From the human T2T-CHM13v2.0 reference genome, Homo sapiens, in assembly GCF_009914755.1 (NCBI RefSeq), contig NC_060942.1: a stretch of 64,000 nucleotides of DNA; one strand, given 5' to 3'. A program made the translations under genes and the position numbers. This document shows positions 30,466-44,995 of the stretch, piece by piece. Numbering within the stretch: the stretch's first letter is position 1; each line of letters starts with the position of its first letter. The notes under the pieces were generated by a model that saw nothing but the letters and a program-made list of their open reading frames with translations, did no database searches and was not told the origin of the DNA.

Positions 30466-31943
30466 CTCTCCCTCTCCCGTCTCCCCCCGTCTCCCACTTT
30501 CTACGGTCTCCCACTTTCCACCGTCTCCCTCTGATGCCGAGCCAAGGCTGGACTGTACTGCCGCCATCTCGGCTCACTGCAACCTCCCTGCCTGATTCTC
30601 CTGCCTCAGCCTGCCGAGTGCCTGGGATTGCAGACGCGCGCCGCCACGCCTGACTGGTTTTTGTATTTTTTGGTGGAGACGGGGTTTCGCCGTGTTGGCC
30701 AGGCTGGTCTCCAGCTCCTGACCGCGCATGATCTGCCCGCCTGGGCCTCCCGAGGTGCTGGGATTGCAGATGGAGTCTCGCTCACTCAGTGCTCAATGTT
30801 GCCCAGGCTGGAGTGCAGTGGCACGATCTCGGCTCGCTACAACCTCCACCTCCCAGCCGCCTGCCTTGGCCTCCCAAAGTGCGGAGATTGCAGCCTCTGC
30901 CCGGCCGCCACCCCGTCTGGGAAGTGAGGAGCATCTCTGCCTGGCTGCCCATCGTCTGGGATGTGAGGAGCCCCTCAGCCCGGCCGCCCAGTCTGGGAAG
31001 TGAGGAGCGCCTCTTCCCGGCCGCCCATCGTCTGAGATGTGGGGAGCGCCTCTGCCCCGCCGCCCCGTCTGGGATGTGAGGAGTGTCTCTGCCCGACCGC
31101 CACCCCGTCTGGGAGGTGAGGAGCGTCTCTGCCCGGCCGCCCCGTCTGAGAAGTGAGGAGCCCCTCCGCCCAGCAACCACCCCGTCCGGGAAGTAAGGAG
31201 CGTCTCTGCCCAGCAGCCGCCCCGTCTGGGAGGGAGGTGGGGGGCAGCCCCTGCTCGGCCAGCCGCCCCGTCCGGGAGGTGGGGGGCAACCCCCGCCCGG
31301 CCAGCTGCCCCGTTCGGGAGGTGGGGGGCAGCCCCCGGCCAGCATCCACCCCGTCCGGGAGGTGGGGGGGCGCCTCTGCCCAGCCGCCCCGTCTGGGAAG
31401 TGAGGAGCCCCTCTGCCCGGCCGCCACCCTGTCTGGGAGGTGTACCCAACAGCTCATTGAGAGCGGGCCATGATGACGATGGCGGTTTTGTCGAATAGAA
31501 AAGGGGGAAATGTGGGGAAAGGAAAGAGAGATCAGATTGTTGCTGTGTCTGTGTAGAAAGAAGTAGACATAGGAGACTCCATTTTGTTCTGTACTAGGAA
31601 AAATTCTTCTGCCTTGGGATGCTGTTAATCTATAACCTTACCCCCAACCCCGTGCTCTCTGAAACATGTGCTGTGTCCACTCAGGGTTAAATGGATTAAG
31701 GGCGGTGCAAGATGTGCTTTGTTAAACAGATGCTTGAAGGCAGCATGCTCGTTAAGAGTCATCACCACTCCTTAATCTCAAGTACCCAGGGACACAAACA
31801 CTGCAGAAGGCCGCAGGGTCCTCTGCCTAGGAAAACCAGAGACCCTTGTTCACATGTTTATCTGCTGACCTTCCCTCCACTATTGTCCTATGACCCTGCC
31901 ACATCCCCCTCTCCGAGAAACACCCAAGAATGATCAATAAATA

Positions 31944-31974
<31 letters not shown>
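30466..31974 (+). mobile_element. SVA retrotransposon (older, A-C-like)
   Basis: Short CCCTCT/degenerate hexamer head; antisense Alu-like domain (~30530-30895); GC-rich VNTR (~30895-31440); SINE-R (~31440-31945); AATAAA at 31936-31941; A29 tail. Confidence 0.97.
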
Positions 31975-31976
<2 letters not shown>

Positions 31977-32418
31977 CTTTAGTTCAAGTTGAGACCAAAG
32001 ACTGTGCTATTATGGGGTGGAGAAAAGTATCACAATTTTGGTAATACTAGGCAAGATGTAACCTCAAGTCTCCAGGCAGCCCCATGAGCTTCCCTGTGAA
32101 TGAGAACAGAAAAAGTTCAGGAGCCACCAGAGGATGTTAAGGAGGCTTCCTAGAGAAGACGTGGCAATGCACCTGATGGAGACGTTTAATTTCTTCACTA
32201 CAAGGAATTTCAAACTTATCTAAAAGGAAATAGAATACAACAAAGCTCCCTTACCCAATCCCAACAAACAACCATCAATGTCCTATTCATTCATACCTCC
32301 ATCTACTTCCTCTGTCACATACTATTTTGAAGCAAGTCTTACCCATTGTATTTTACCCATAAATGTTTCATTCTGTATCTCTAAAACATTGTCTCTAGAC
32401 CTCAGCAAAAAAAAAAAA
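31975..32418 (+). mobile_element. Probable 3'-transduced segment carried by the SVA, with a second A tract
   Basis: The 15-bp sequence aaaaaaagcacatcc occurs at 30451-30465 and 32412-32426, bracketing the SVA plus 432 bp of extra sequence. Confidence 0.8.
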
Positions 32419-33307
32419 GCACATCCACTTTTACAATGGTCACATACAAATGGGGAAAGAGTGGATATAAAAAATATGCACCCACCTTCAATCAAATGCG
32501 ATCTTTTAAAGAATATAAACAAGCCAGATTCTTAGGTATCTCTCCCTTTTGTAATTTTGATTCTGAAAAAATATTTAAAGTAATCAATTAGGTATTCTAA
32601 AAGAAGGCAGTTTTCTAGGGGTTTATTTAATTATAGGGGGGTTAGGGGTAGAGAGATTAAAAACGGGAAGCAGTGCATAGGCAGTATGAAGTAGACACTT
32701 TGGCAAATAAAAACTGCACCGTATGACATGTCACATAGAAATTGTTAGAGACTTTGAATCCTAAAATTTAGTTTACCAAATGTAGCTTTTTATGTTTTAT
32801 GTTTTACCAACAAATAATTTGTATGTTAAATTTAAGCATCTGAATTCCGAAATGATAAAGAACAGGAAAATAATGACTAAGCTAACAACCAAACTTTCAG
32901 AGTATAAAATTTTGTCAGTGGTTTTCATTTTAGAATTAAAAATTTGAATTTCCCTTTGCCTACAAGTCTAAGTAACTTGCAGCAGCAAATTCCCCCACTG
33001 ACAACTTCAAAGCATAGCAAGAATCCACAGTGGTTTGCAGGCCACTAATTCTTTTACAGATGAAAGCATTCAATTATCTCTATAAAATTCAATTCCTTAG
33101 AATATGTGTTTGTGATTGACGATGTACATTTTTAAATGTGGTGATAACACGTTATTATTCATGATTTAAAAGTTGAAATGAAGTAGCTTGTGGTTCTTGG
33201 GTAAAACAGACACTAATAAGTTTTTTTTCAATATAAAAGAGCAACCTAGACATTCCTATAAAACATTTTTATTCCAGGTGGTAAGCTGGCTTAAATTTTC
33301 ACTTTTC

Positions 33308-33608
33308 AGCCAGGCATGATGGCTCACGCCTGTAATTCCAGCACTTTGGGAGGCCGAGGCAGGCAAATCATCTGAGGTCAGGAGTTCAAGACCAGCCTGG
33401 CAAACATGGTGAAACCCTGTCTCCACTAAAAATACAAAAAGTAGTTGGGCGTGGTGGTGTGTGCCTGTAATCCCAGCTACTCAGGAGGCTAAGGCAGGAG
33501 AATCACTTGAACCCAGGAGGCGAGGCTGCAGTGAGCCGAGATCGCCCCACTGCACCCCAGCCTGGGCAACAGAGCAAGACTCTGTCTCCAAAAAAAAAAA
33601 AAAAAAAA
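33308..33608 (+). mobile_element. AluSx/Sq
   Basis: Full-length dimer with A tail. Confidence 0.92.
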
Positions 33609-33755
33609 TTCGTTTTTCTCACAGCAGCACATTTCTAAATGGCAAACCATTTAGAAGTGAGTCATCATTTGTATTAAAATCTTATTTACATGGTACTTAT
33701 GTAGTTTGATCAAATACTGCCACAATATAGTTTAGAGGCAAGACCTCTCATGAAG

Positions 33756-33905
33756 AAAAACTTTACAAGATTTAAAATCAGAGCAAATGAATTTCTTAAG
33801 TTCAAGATACGTACTCTCAATGGAGAATCGCTGTTGGGCAGTGGTTAAGGCCTCTGATTTGCTACTTATTAGAAAAATCCACATATATACAAAACTCTGC
33901 TAAAA
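33756..33905 (+). repeat. 150-bp direct repeat, copy A (of 37277-37426)
   Basis: Ungapped alignment at offset 3521 with 5 mismatches. Confidence 0.95.
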
Positions 33906-34582
33906 TTCCAATGGCTTCTCTAGATGAATCATCTTTGGCTGTGAGCAAAAAAGTTAACTAAGTTTCACTTAATACACACACACACACTAGGGTTTATATG
34001 TAGCAACTTCCTCATCCTCATTCCACAGGTAGCCCGTTCTTGGCTGGGTTATGGCTTGTAATCTCAGAACCACTGCCCCCAAATGACTGCTCAGAAGCAC
34101 AATCTCACTGCAAACTATGGAACCCAAACTATACAGCTATCCTTGGCTTTTAACTCCAAGCTATCTAGGCCTTGTGATTATATGTGGGCTTCATAGCAGA
34201 ACCTACCAGGCTTGTGGTTATCAATTTTCTGCTCACCATATAAGCAGTAGCTCAATAACACCGTCCAGTTTTCATGTATATCCAGACACACAGGTGAGAG
34301 TTCTGTTCCAAGATCTCATTTTGACCTTCTTCAAAGGTCTTCTCCATCTCTCCAAATTGAATGTATTCTTCAACCCTGGGCTTACTGTATTCTGCCCATC
34401 TTCTTCCTGGACCAAACTGTTCAGAAGTTAACTTCTTTTTCCTGTCATCACATCTCTTTCCTAAACTACTTTAGAACTTAAATAATTTTATTTTCACATA
34501 ACATTTAGAAAGGTGCAGAGGCAGCCAACAAAACTATTGAAGACAGACTGTAAAAACTGGCAAATCCCCATCTCAAATTCCA

Positions 34583-34588
34583 TTTATT
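34583..34588 (-). terminator. Candidate SMAD2 poly(A) signal AATAAA
   Basis: tttatt on the plus strand, followed on the minus strand by G/U-rich sequence. Confidence 0.55.
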
Positions 34589-36138
34589 CTATAACCAATA
34601 AAGTCATGCAGTTTGGACGGGAGCACAGTAATACATTCTGTTCTCATGTAGCTTCCTAAGTATGCTTAGTCTATTGTTCATTTATCACTGAATCTGTTAT
34701 CTGCTAAGTCTGATTCAATGTTCTTGCCTTCTATTAATGTGATTTTAAGAATTACTGCATGTCTCACTATGGCAAAATAGCATGACATTTGTTTTACAAA
34801 ATCAGTTAAACCAATTCTACAAATATTTCCATACCTATTTATTGCAGCAAAAGATAATTTTTATGTGTAAATTAGCTTTTTGGGTTTTTCTATTCCTTTA
34901 TTTGTAAACTTATAATTTTTAGGTTGGGCTTACTATTTTGATGAGAAGGGTGAATCTGTCAAAGGGTAAGCTGGATAACTGTATGTTGCAAACATGTTCC
35001 TGAACATTCTTCACCCAAACTTAGACAAACCTGGAGCTTAAAATAATTACATTGGATGACATCAGTTTGATACTGATGCCTGCTTCCTGCACTAAGAGGC
35101 TTTCAATCTATTTTGAAGAGGGAAAAACAGAATATGCCAAGTGGGGAGACAGCCCAAACATAGACCTTAATACTTCTCTCATACTCTTCAGCCATTTGAT
35201 GAACATGTGGAATTATGGATGCTAGGGCCATTATAAAAATCTCCTGATACAGAACAGTGTCACTACTTCAAGCTAAGCAGTGACAGGCAAAGCCAGGCTG
35301 AGGTGACAATGTAGAAGGATCTCGAGTCAGCCCTCAATGTTGTTGTTCAATGTTGGGAAGTCCCTTTTAGATTATTTATACAGTGGCAGGTGGTAGCAAT
35401 TACAGTAAATTTTCTTGGGTTTCTTCCTAATAAAAAAGTGTTGATAAAACTACACCAGTCCCAAGGCTATTCAATGCCACGTAAAATAGTGTATTTTAGC
35501 ATTTGAGGTCCCTTTTTGTTGCATACTAAAGCATGTTTAAAATGGTTTGCAGAAAACAGTCTGCTAACCAGTACTGATTCATCCACAGAACTGAATTCTT
35601 GCAAGGCACAAAGGAAGTGTGGCTGACCTAAATATTTCTCATTTTTAAAATTATTCATACTGATTATATGAGATTATATCTTATCTAGTATTTTTCAATG
35701 GAGCCTTAAAAATGTTATTTTGTTAAAAGTATATTTCAGCAAATTTCAACTTTGAAGATGTTTTTGTTTACAGCATAGATCTTATGTATTAGAGCGCTAA
35801 TGTAGCATAGGCAAACTCTGAAATAAATAAAAATGTATAAATAGCACTGTGCAGTGTGTGGTGTGCGCCTGTTGTGGGGTTATATTAAGTAGTATAAATT
35901 TATCTCCCGGGGGGATAGGATAATCTTTTATGTAACACCAAATTAAAAAAACAAAAACATGTACTCTTAAAATCATATGTCCATATGTGAAATACAATCA
36001 CTTTTTTTGGTTTCCATATAATTTAGGGAGTGAACACCAAAATGTAATCCCATATAAAAAAAGATCAGTTTAAATAAAAATTAAAACAATTAAAAATTAG
36101 TCCCATAGTAACATGGTAAACAACTCAAATGGCTTTCT

Positions 36139-36144
36139 TTTAAT
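36139..36144 (-). terminator. Candidate SMAD2 poly(A) signal ATTAAA
   Basis: tttaat on the plus strand; very U-rich downstream region on the minus strand (36060-36100). Confidence 0.55.
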
Positions 36145-37276
36145 GCTAGGAAAACTGTCCACCTTTCAACGGTGACAGGGCTGTTAACACAGGTAAGAGC
36201 AAACAAGGTAAAAAGTGAAAGCACATACAGATGATGCACACAAATATATATAAAAATTGACCAGAAATCACAGGACATGTAAGCAATGTTTTCTTAAGCA
36301 GAACTTTTTTTGTACTTTAAATAGACTAAAATATTTGGTGTAGGTGGGAGAAAGACATCAGTATTCAACAATTTTAACTTGAAAACCAGCTGTAATAAAG
36401 CCTCAGCTCATTGTTTAATAAAAATAAAAAAGGAACCACATCGTACTTTTGACAATCATAGAACGAAAGCTCACAAAGAACACATTTAATATCTCCATCA
36501 CAGTGCACCAAGGATGCAGCCACTAAGGACTTCCAGAGGGAAACAAGAACAGGGTCTGCATCCATCATATTGCATTACAAAGTTAATGCCATCAGAGAAA
36601 AAAAATCTCACCTCACGTGCTCAATGTTCTAGCTGGTAAGCACCTTATGAGTATGAGGCTACAATTGAGAGAAACTGCTCAGTCTGCATCAGGACACCCA
36701 ATTCCTTCACTTGCCATTGGCTGATGCATTTAATCATTTTAACACAACATTCACGGAAAAATGTTAACAACACATTCTGGCTTCTCGAGCAGAACAGACT
36801 GGGAAATGCAGTAGACGCCAGAGCATCAAAGGCCATGTATTTCCTCACAAGAAAAGAAATCTGCAACAATTGGTTTCCTTTTACTATGAAAAATGTAAAT
36901 TTCAGATTAAGTTTAACCCCATAAGGACGCATGATTTGTACTTACATATACACATAGGTTCAGAAGAACTTAGCTATCTAGTTGGCCTCTTCTCTGTTCC
37001 ATTATAACATCAGTTACCTTAGCTGGATCACTAAGTGTGAGTCTCACCACCATACTGGTACCTTCAGCTATTACCTGTGTTATAAATCTCATGTTCCATT
37101 CAAAGTACTAAATGACTGGATGGCACATATCCCAATAAGTATCAGAAATGTTGACAGCCATAGTGCAGCTGAGTTTAGAAGCAACTATGACAACATAGGG
37201 AAGTAAGGATAAATCACAAGAACACCTAAGGTGGTCAGCTCCTTCTGGTGTGCCTGGGACTTGTTTTGAGTTTAGC

Positions 37277-37426
37277 AAAAACTTTACAAGATTAAAAATC
37301 AGAGCAAATGAATTTCTTAAGTTCAAGATATGTACTCTCAATGGAGAATCGCTTTTGGGCAGTGGTTAAGGCCTCTGATGTGCTACTTATCAGAAAAATC
37401 CACATATATACAAAACTCTGCTAAAA
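37277..37426 (+). repeat. 150-bp direct repeat, copy B (in the SMAD2 3' UTR)
   Basis: aaaaactttacaagat...caaaactctgctaaaa, shared with 33756-33905. Confidence 0.95.
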
Positions 37427-40297
37427 GTTTTGTATCCAGGGAAAGTCCCGCATCCAGGGAAACCCTCAATCCCAGGCACTTTAGGGCAGCTGGTCACCCT
37501 GAGAACACTACCCACTCGTTCCTTAATATCACTAGAGAAAAGGTAAGAACTTTCAAGGGCATAACCTTTAAGGGCATCAGTCCCCAAAATATTTTTACAT
37601 CACTAGCTAATGGCTAGTTCCTCTAAGCTTGCTAAAAGGCTAGGAAGTCCAGAAATACCTTATTTAAACGTGTTAACTTTAAGAAGAGTTGGTAGTAATC
37701 AAGCAAATTAGTGAGCAGTGTATAAAAGCTCACTCTTGAAATCTGTTTTCAGACAAATCTTCTAAAGGTTCTTCTAGCTTTGTCCAGTTATATGGTATTT
37801 TACTGTATTCTCTTTTTGCAATTAATCCAGTTTTGTATGTCTTTTCTTTCTTTTTTAGGTGAAAATATTCTATGCCAACTGTTTTCCACAGTCCTGCATT
37901 ATATATTAAAACAAAGGCTGCCAGCTGGAGACACAGCCCTCCGATTACAAAGGCCCAGAATGTTACTTTTAACTGTGCTCCACCAGGAGGTCTGGCCTTG
38001 GGAAAAGATGGCGAAAGGAATATTCTCAGATATGAACATTTTTTATTCTGCCTACAATGCTGTGATCTAGTTCAACAACTGCAGAACTGTTCTCATCTTA
38101 ATCGCTGTAGTTTTTCTTTCTTTACTCTTTTGTATAAAAGGTTAGTGTCACAGCTTCACTATCACTAATAAAAAGATACAAATATGCCTTTCAAGTCAGG
38201 GTTGGAAAAGCAAAACTGAGGTGTGAGGTTACACTGGTCTAAGAAAGTACCAATTTGGGTTCTATATTTTGTCAAACAGTTGGGTTTTTAAAAAAATTCA
38301 AAACTCATGCATGTTACCTACTTGTCATGTGTGAATTATTTCTCACAATTTTAATTAATCTGTGTGTATATTAGTTATATAAAGCAATGGATTTCCACAT
38401 TCTTAAAGCAGGAACCTATATTCACCAGAAAAGGATCCTCCTGTTTCTCATCAAATTTTTTTTCAGCTCGAACAATCCAAGATTGGGAATAGTAAGAGTG
38501 GCAAACAAATGTTTTCTTAGGGACTTACTGAGAAAAGAAAAAACTTACTGGGAGAACAGAGACTTAGTAAAATTTCTATTGCTACAGACAAATGCTAAAA
38601 ACCAGCTTTATAATAACAGCATTATAAAGGATAGAACTTAATATAGAACCAGAAATATGGCAAGTTACCTAGTGATTAACATTGTAAAATAGTCAAAAAC
38701 TTTAAAGCCACAGAGAAAGGAAAACAATTATGAAATGGAAAATATATAATATTTAAGTACTTTTATAATTCTAAAACTTCACTTTTGTCCTTAAATCAAT
38801 ATATTACGGATTTCATTGTTCAATAAATTACCATCTTTAATTAAAAATAAGTAAATCAAAGAGCATATTTGGAGAAACTAAGAGCTGTTAACTGTTTGGA
38901 GGGTAAAAGAATACTTTTCTCGAAATTTTTTTGAAGAAAAATCTAAAAGCCCTCTATGTTGAGTTAATACACCTTCTGACCCCCATCATCAGTGGCATTA
39001 TTCTTCCAAGGGACTCTTATATCTAAGCAATGGTGAAGTTCTGGATTCATTATGGATCTCATGGCACCAAACCAACTGGCACTGAAGTTAAGTTAATATA
39101 CTCCAGCGAGATCACCTGTGGGTCAAGGATGGCCCAGAGAATCTTGGAAAATCCATTTATATTGAGCAAAGATCTGAATCACCTTCAATCAGGCTGTAAG
39201 ATACTAGAAAATTTGACCTTGTAGTAGTATTTCCCAGGGTAACTTAAGCAGCAACCTTGCACCAGAAGAAGAATTAAAGAGGGAGCAATCTAGTATTATC
39301 AACAACAACAAAGTTAACCCTAAGTTAGTACATCCCAGAATCTGCTGGATGTATAATAATTTAGTAACGGGGTATATGGCAGAGCTTTCTTTGATGTTAA
39401 CAAATTTTGGCTGTGATTCTTAGTTACCAAGTTGCCAAAAAATGGTATATTAAATGAACTGCCAAATGGCAGATTAAGAAAATTAATGTACTCCAATGGT
39501 CTGTCCATGAAAGGAAAATGTACACAGACAAATTAAGAACATTTTACCAGGATCTGAGATTTAAACAATGGAACAATTGTTTTAACTGTTAGAATGACCC
39601 CAACTGTTAAGTTTGTCTATGAGTGTATATGTATATATAAATTCATACACATATATTATTTATTTCCTTCTTAAAAAGACTGAGGCAGTTCTGCTATATA
39701 TAGTTAGCTACAATATTCAAGATAAAACAGTTCCTACTCAAAAAATTACATGAACACACGAGATAAGTTCTTATCGTAAATGCTATCATGAGGCTATCTA
39801 GTATAGCTCATATTTCCTGGTTGTAAGGCTCAAAACACAGGAATTCCACTCCAAGAGATAATTTGCCCCTCAATCCCTACAAAGTGTAGTCTAAACAAAC
39901 AAAATGGTAATAAAAAATTGAAAAGGAAGATATAAAAAGAACTCAATAGCAGGATTCTGACTACCTCTGGAGACCACACACTATCATTATTCTGACTGTC
40001 TTAAATACAACAATCCAATATGCCCCAAGATGGAAATCTGGTATCGTAGGGAAAACATTGGCTGCAACTGTCAGAAAAGTTCATAATCTTAAACATAATT
40101 TATGCCATTTGCCAGTCACAAAGACATTTACTGAACAGAATTTTTGAGCCATTTGTAAAATTAAAATGATTGATCAATTTGAATAGCAACCTTCATGATG
40201 AAGAAATTAGGACTCTAGGTATGAAAAGCATGTTCCTTTTTTGTTAATAAGTTCAAAGGAGAGAAACATTCTGATATATGCAGATAAAAATATGGCT

Positions 40298-40746
<449 letters not shown>

Positions 40747-43700
40747 CTAAGTATCAATGCCTTCGATCAGAGTAAGAAAAAAGTATTCATTGTTCATGTC
40801 CACAGACTAGATATCTAAAGAGATACTTGGTGGGCAGGGGCTTGGGAGGGAAGGCGCAAATTGGAATGTTCAGCTTTTAAAGTAAAGACTGTACATGAAG
40901 ACATATTTTATGTACAGTGAAGATTGTCTTGTGTTACTTTATATCCCAACATAAACCTACGCCACCCTCAGACGAAGAGGGTATCTAACACTGAATAAAT
41001 GCTGAACCTATTTAGTAGTTAAAGAAAAAAGAGAAGGATCTTAAAGGTATATATGGGAAGCTTTTAAGAGGTAGAGAAACCAACTGGGTATATATTTTCT
41101 TTTATTTGATTTCAACTAGCAAGAGACTAAGACTGATGTTTGTTTGTTTGTTTTACCTTCAAAGTCTTAGTCTTAAATTGACAAGGGCACAAAAAAAGTG
41201 AAATTAAAATAATTTTAACAAAAGGGAAAGCATTTGACAGTGTTTAAAAGACAGACAAATCAAGCAAAACTCAATGTGGCTTAAGGTAAAAAATACAACT
41301 AGGTATTAAACAATTTGTAAAAACTTACAAAGAAAATTTAGCTTTCAAGAAAAATTAGGCAGATTTCCTTCTGCCAAAGTGACAGGTCCTGAGGAAAAAA
41401 AACACAACCTCTACAAGACCAAGCACAGCTCAAGGGTCAGGGCCCCGTCCTAGTCATCTTTTTATTATTCAATATCCATCACAGTGGCTGGGCAAACAAC
41501 AGGCATCAATAAATGTTTACTAACTGAATGTGTATTATAAGGTATAATCGGTATAACTGATATAGCTCAAATCTAATCATGAAAGCTTCTTTAAAGTAGG
41601 ATAAAAAGAGCACAATCAGCGGTATTCCAGAAGGTAGGCCTAAATCCAGTTATATTTTTCTAATCGTTGACCAGTGGTTATAAAGACTTTCTGAGCTTCT
41701 TTTTAAAGCAATGAAACTCTTTCCAAAAGAAACCCCATGCAGTTCTTCAGTACAGAATAAATATGCCACTAAGTCAGTGAGAACTCCAACAGCCTCCCCT
41801 AAGCCAGCCCCCAAGGTGTCTCTGTGGAACCTACTGGAAAAAATATTACTCATCTTAGAAATGTGATAGAAAGCATGGCCATTCGGTTCTCAGGTCATCA
41901 TTCCTAGAAAATTAACAGTATTGTGAAGAATAAATCCTAAGTAATGTTGCTAATTTAAATAAAGACAAAAATTCAACAAAGAGGGGATTCTATCACTTAG
42001 AAAAATGAAAACCACACCTATAAATGGGGGGAGGGGCAGAAAACAAAAAAAAAATCAGGCCACAGTAGATAAAATACAAAAAACATCATCTCGTTAAAAA
42101 GCATCAAACACATTCACACAAATGTAATTACAACCAGGAAGTAAACTGCTCAACAGGTATAACTGCTCAATAGGTGTTTTCAAAGAGTTGAGTCCCAATT
42201 TCATACTGTACAGAAAAATCGCATCAGAACTGTAGAGATGCGCTCCACTACTGAAACAGCATAGTAGGCACTGCTTGACCTAACACAGTAATGCAAGAGT
42301 AACCACCAAGATCAGGACCTTCTACCACTTTCAGAGTTGTTTTCTGCCCCTACAACTGTTCCCTAACACCATTACAAGTTCTCAAGTAAGAAAAAGAAGG
42401 GCAGAGGCTCCACTGAGTATCTCCTACAGGCCTGATAGTGGTATTACCTAGGACATTTACTCTGCTCACAAGATGGGTAGTGGAAGACATAATTACTGGA
42501 CAGCACAAAGTCTGGAAGCAAGCAGCAGGGCACTAAAACAGTGAGAGCTTACACAACAAAAGCTTGTTAAATTAAGTAGTACTGATGTGGTGCAAATGAA
42601 ATTTTTACAGCAAAGGTTGAGGAAGGAGATATGTTAGTGAGAATCACATGAAGCAGACTATCACAAAATAAGGCCACCTTCAAAATGTTATGAACTGTAG
42701 AACCATTCTGATCTTCAAGTTTGGATTTGTATAGAGGTTTCTGTATAAAGCATTAATACCTAATCAGGAGTTTCCTTTAGTGTGAACCTTTTTGCATTTG
42801 ATGCTATTCTCTTTGCCAGGAATGCTTATCTCCCCTGGCTCCTCACTTGGCTTGCTTCTTTAATGTCAGGTGTTAGCTCATGCATCCTTTCCTTAGAGGC
42901 TTTCCTTGATGTCCTACCTGAAGCATCCCATCTGTTATTCTCCAGTACAGTACCCTGTTTATCTCCTTCATAGACAAGTAAGATAATTAAGGGTTAGTGT
43001 AACTGCTGTCTCAGCAAAGGCAGGAACTGTAGTTGTCTTGTTCACCTTTACCCAAAGACTAAGAAAAGTTCCTGGTACAAACAGGTGAACAATAAATATT
43101 TGTTGAATGAATAAAAAATTACTATACCAAATTTACATGAACACATACATATACACACAAATATAGGAAAATGGGGAGTACCCAATAGAAAACCACCAAA
43201 TGTTGAAAGTATTGAAAATGATACCTATAGAGACAGGTGGATATGATTTCAAAGAACAAGTACCAAAGACAGCTTCAAAAATATGAAAATTTATGAAAAG
43301 ACGACCAGGAGTGGTTATTTTCCATTTCTACTAAGATGCAAACAAGAAGAAATGTTTAAACTGCAATGAGTCAACATCAGACATAATAATTATTTGCTGC
43401 AGAATGAACTAGCAACAGAGTTTCGGAAATCTCCTCTCACTACAGAGCATGAAATATTGTCAATCACAAAACCAGGATCAGTTAAGAACAGCTCAGACTG
43501 CAGGTAACTTATAAGCTAAAAAACTTGCTAAATAAATGGCTTTTCCCCCAATTTTTAAAATTCTGAATTCATAATTATGTGTAGAATAACAATCAATTTA
43601 TAAACTGAATACAACATACTTTAAAAACAGATGGCCCATATCTGCTGATCCTACCTCAGCATCACTTTTCTAGGTATTTTGCAGAAACAATTACATTTAC

Positions 43701-44845
43701 AAAAGGCCCATTTCATAATGCAATCTGGTTACTAAACCAAATCAAACTACTCGAAGAGCAGAAGGTCTGCTGTTGAAATATTGTAAAATACCTTTGGAAA
43801 AACGGTATTTATAGATTAGCTTTTTTAAAAAGGGATAAATATGTGGAAGTAATTCTAGCATATCCCTGAAAATAATTATACTGCCACCTATGCATTTTTT
43901 ATGAGGTGGAAGGATAAATCAACAGACTGCTAGATTATACAAGCCAATTATTCCTGTTGAAATTTGGGCATAAGACAAAGGGACTTTCTCCATATGAATT
44001 CTTACTGTATCCCAGAATTAACTGGTGCCAGCAGTATCAATGCAACTATTACTGGTGATGATGTCATGTTATGCTGTTTTGATTATGAGGACAAAAATGG
44101 GAATGGAAAAAAGAGGCTTGGAAAGGTTTTCGGTATGGTTTCCTTATAATAAGATTTAGCAGTTAAAAAAAAAAACAAAAAAAAACAAAAAACCACAAAA
44201 AGAATGACTGTTTAAGCCCCACTGAACACATTAAGGTCAAGGATTTCAAAAGTTAATCCACTTTTCTTCCCCCAAGAGTTTATTTTTGGTAAAAGGCAGA
44301 AAAATTAGTTTTTCTACAGGAAAATCTGCTTCTAAATAATTTGAAAATCTTGATATATATTATATATTAAAAAAGACACACAAAAATAACAGAGAAGTGG
44401 GAATAACAGATTAGGTACTGCAACTTTATAAAGGTTTGCCTAGATCAAGAAGCAGCGCACACACACACCTCATCTATGCAAACTAAAAATGTATATAAAC
44501 AGCACAATACTGTGATACTGGATCATGATACATTACCTGTACACATAACTACTACTGTTATTAATAAACCTTTGGGACACTCAGTTTTATGCCCAATAAG
44601 ACATCATTAAGTCTTTAAAATCTTCTCTTCCTCTTTAATGGGAGAGTATTTCTAGACACTAATTTTCCCATCTAATATTCAAATATAGGAAACAGATTCC
44701 ACAAGGTGCTTTAATTGATGAGACCTCAAGTGCTGTTTTCTCTCTTGAACTTTTGGATAGTAAACAGTCCATAGGGACCACACACAATGCTATGACAGAA
44801 GAGTTGTTACATTAAGTCTTTTCATGGGACTTGATTGGTGAAGCT

Positions 44846-44995
<150 letters not shown>

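Noticed and set aside
30895-31440. Regularly spaced ~40-bp repeats resembling a CRISPR array or CpG-island promoter
   Set aside because: This is the SVA VNTR: tandem units without unique spacers, in human DNA.
30628-31473. Overlapping long ORFs (up to 218 aa) on both strands
   Set aside because: They are stop-poor frames of the GC-rich SVA VNTR and Alu-like domain, with repetitive peptides and no gene structure.
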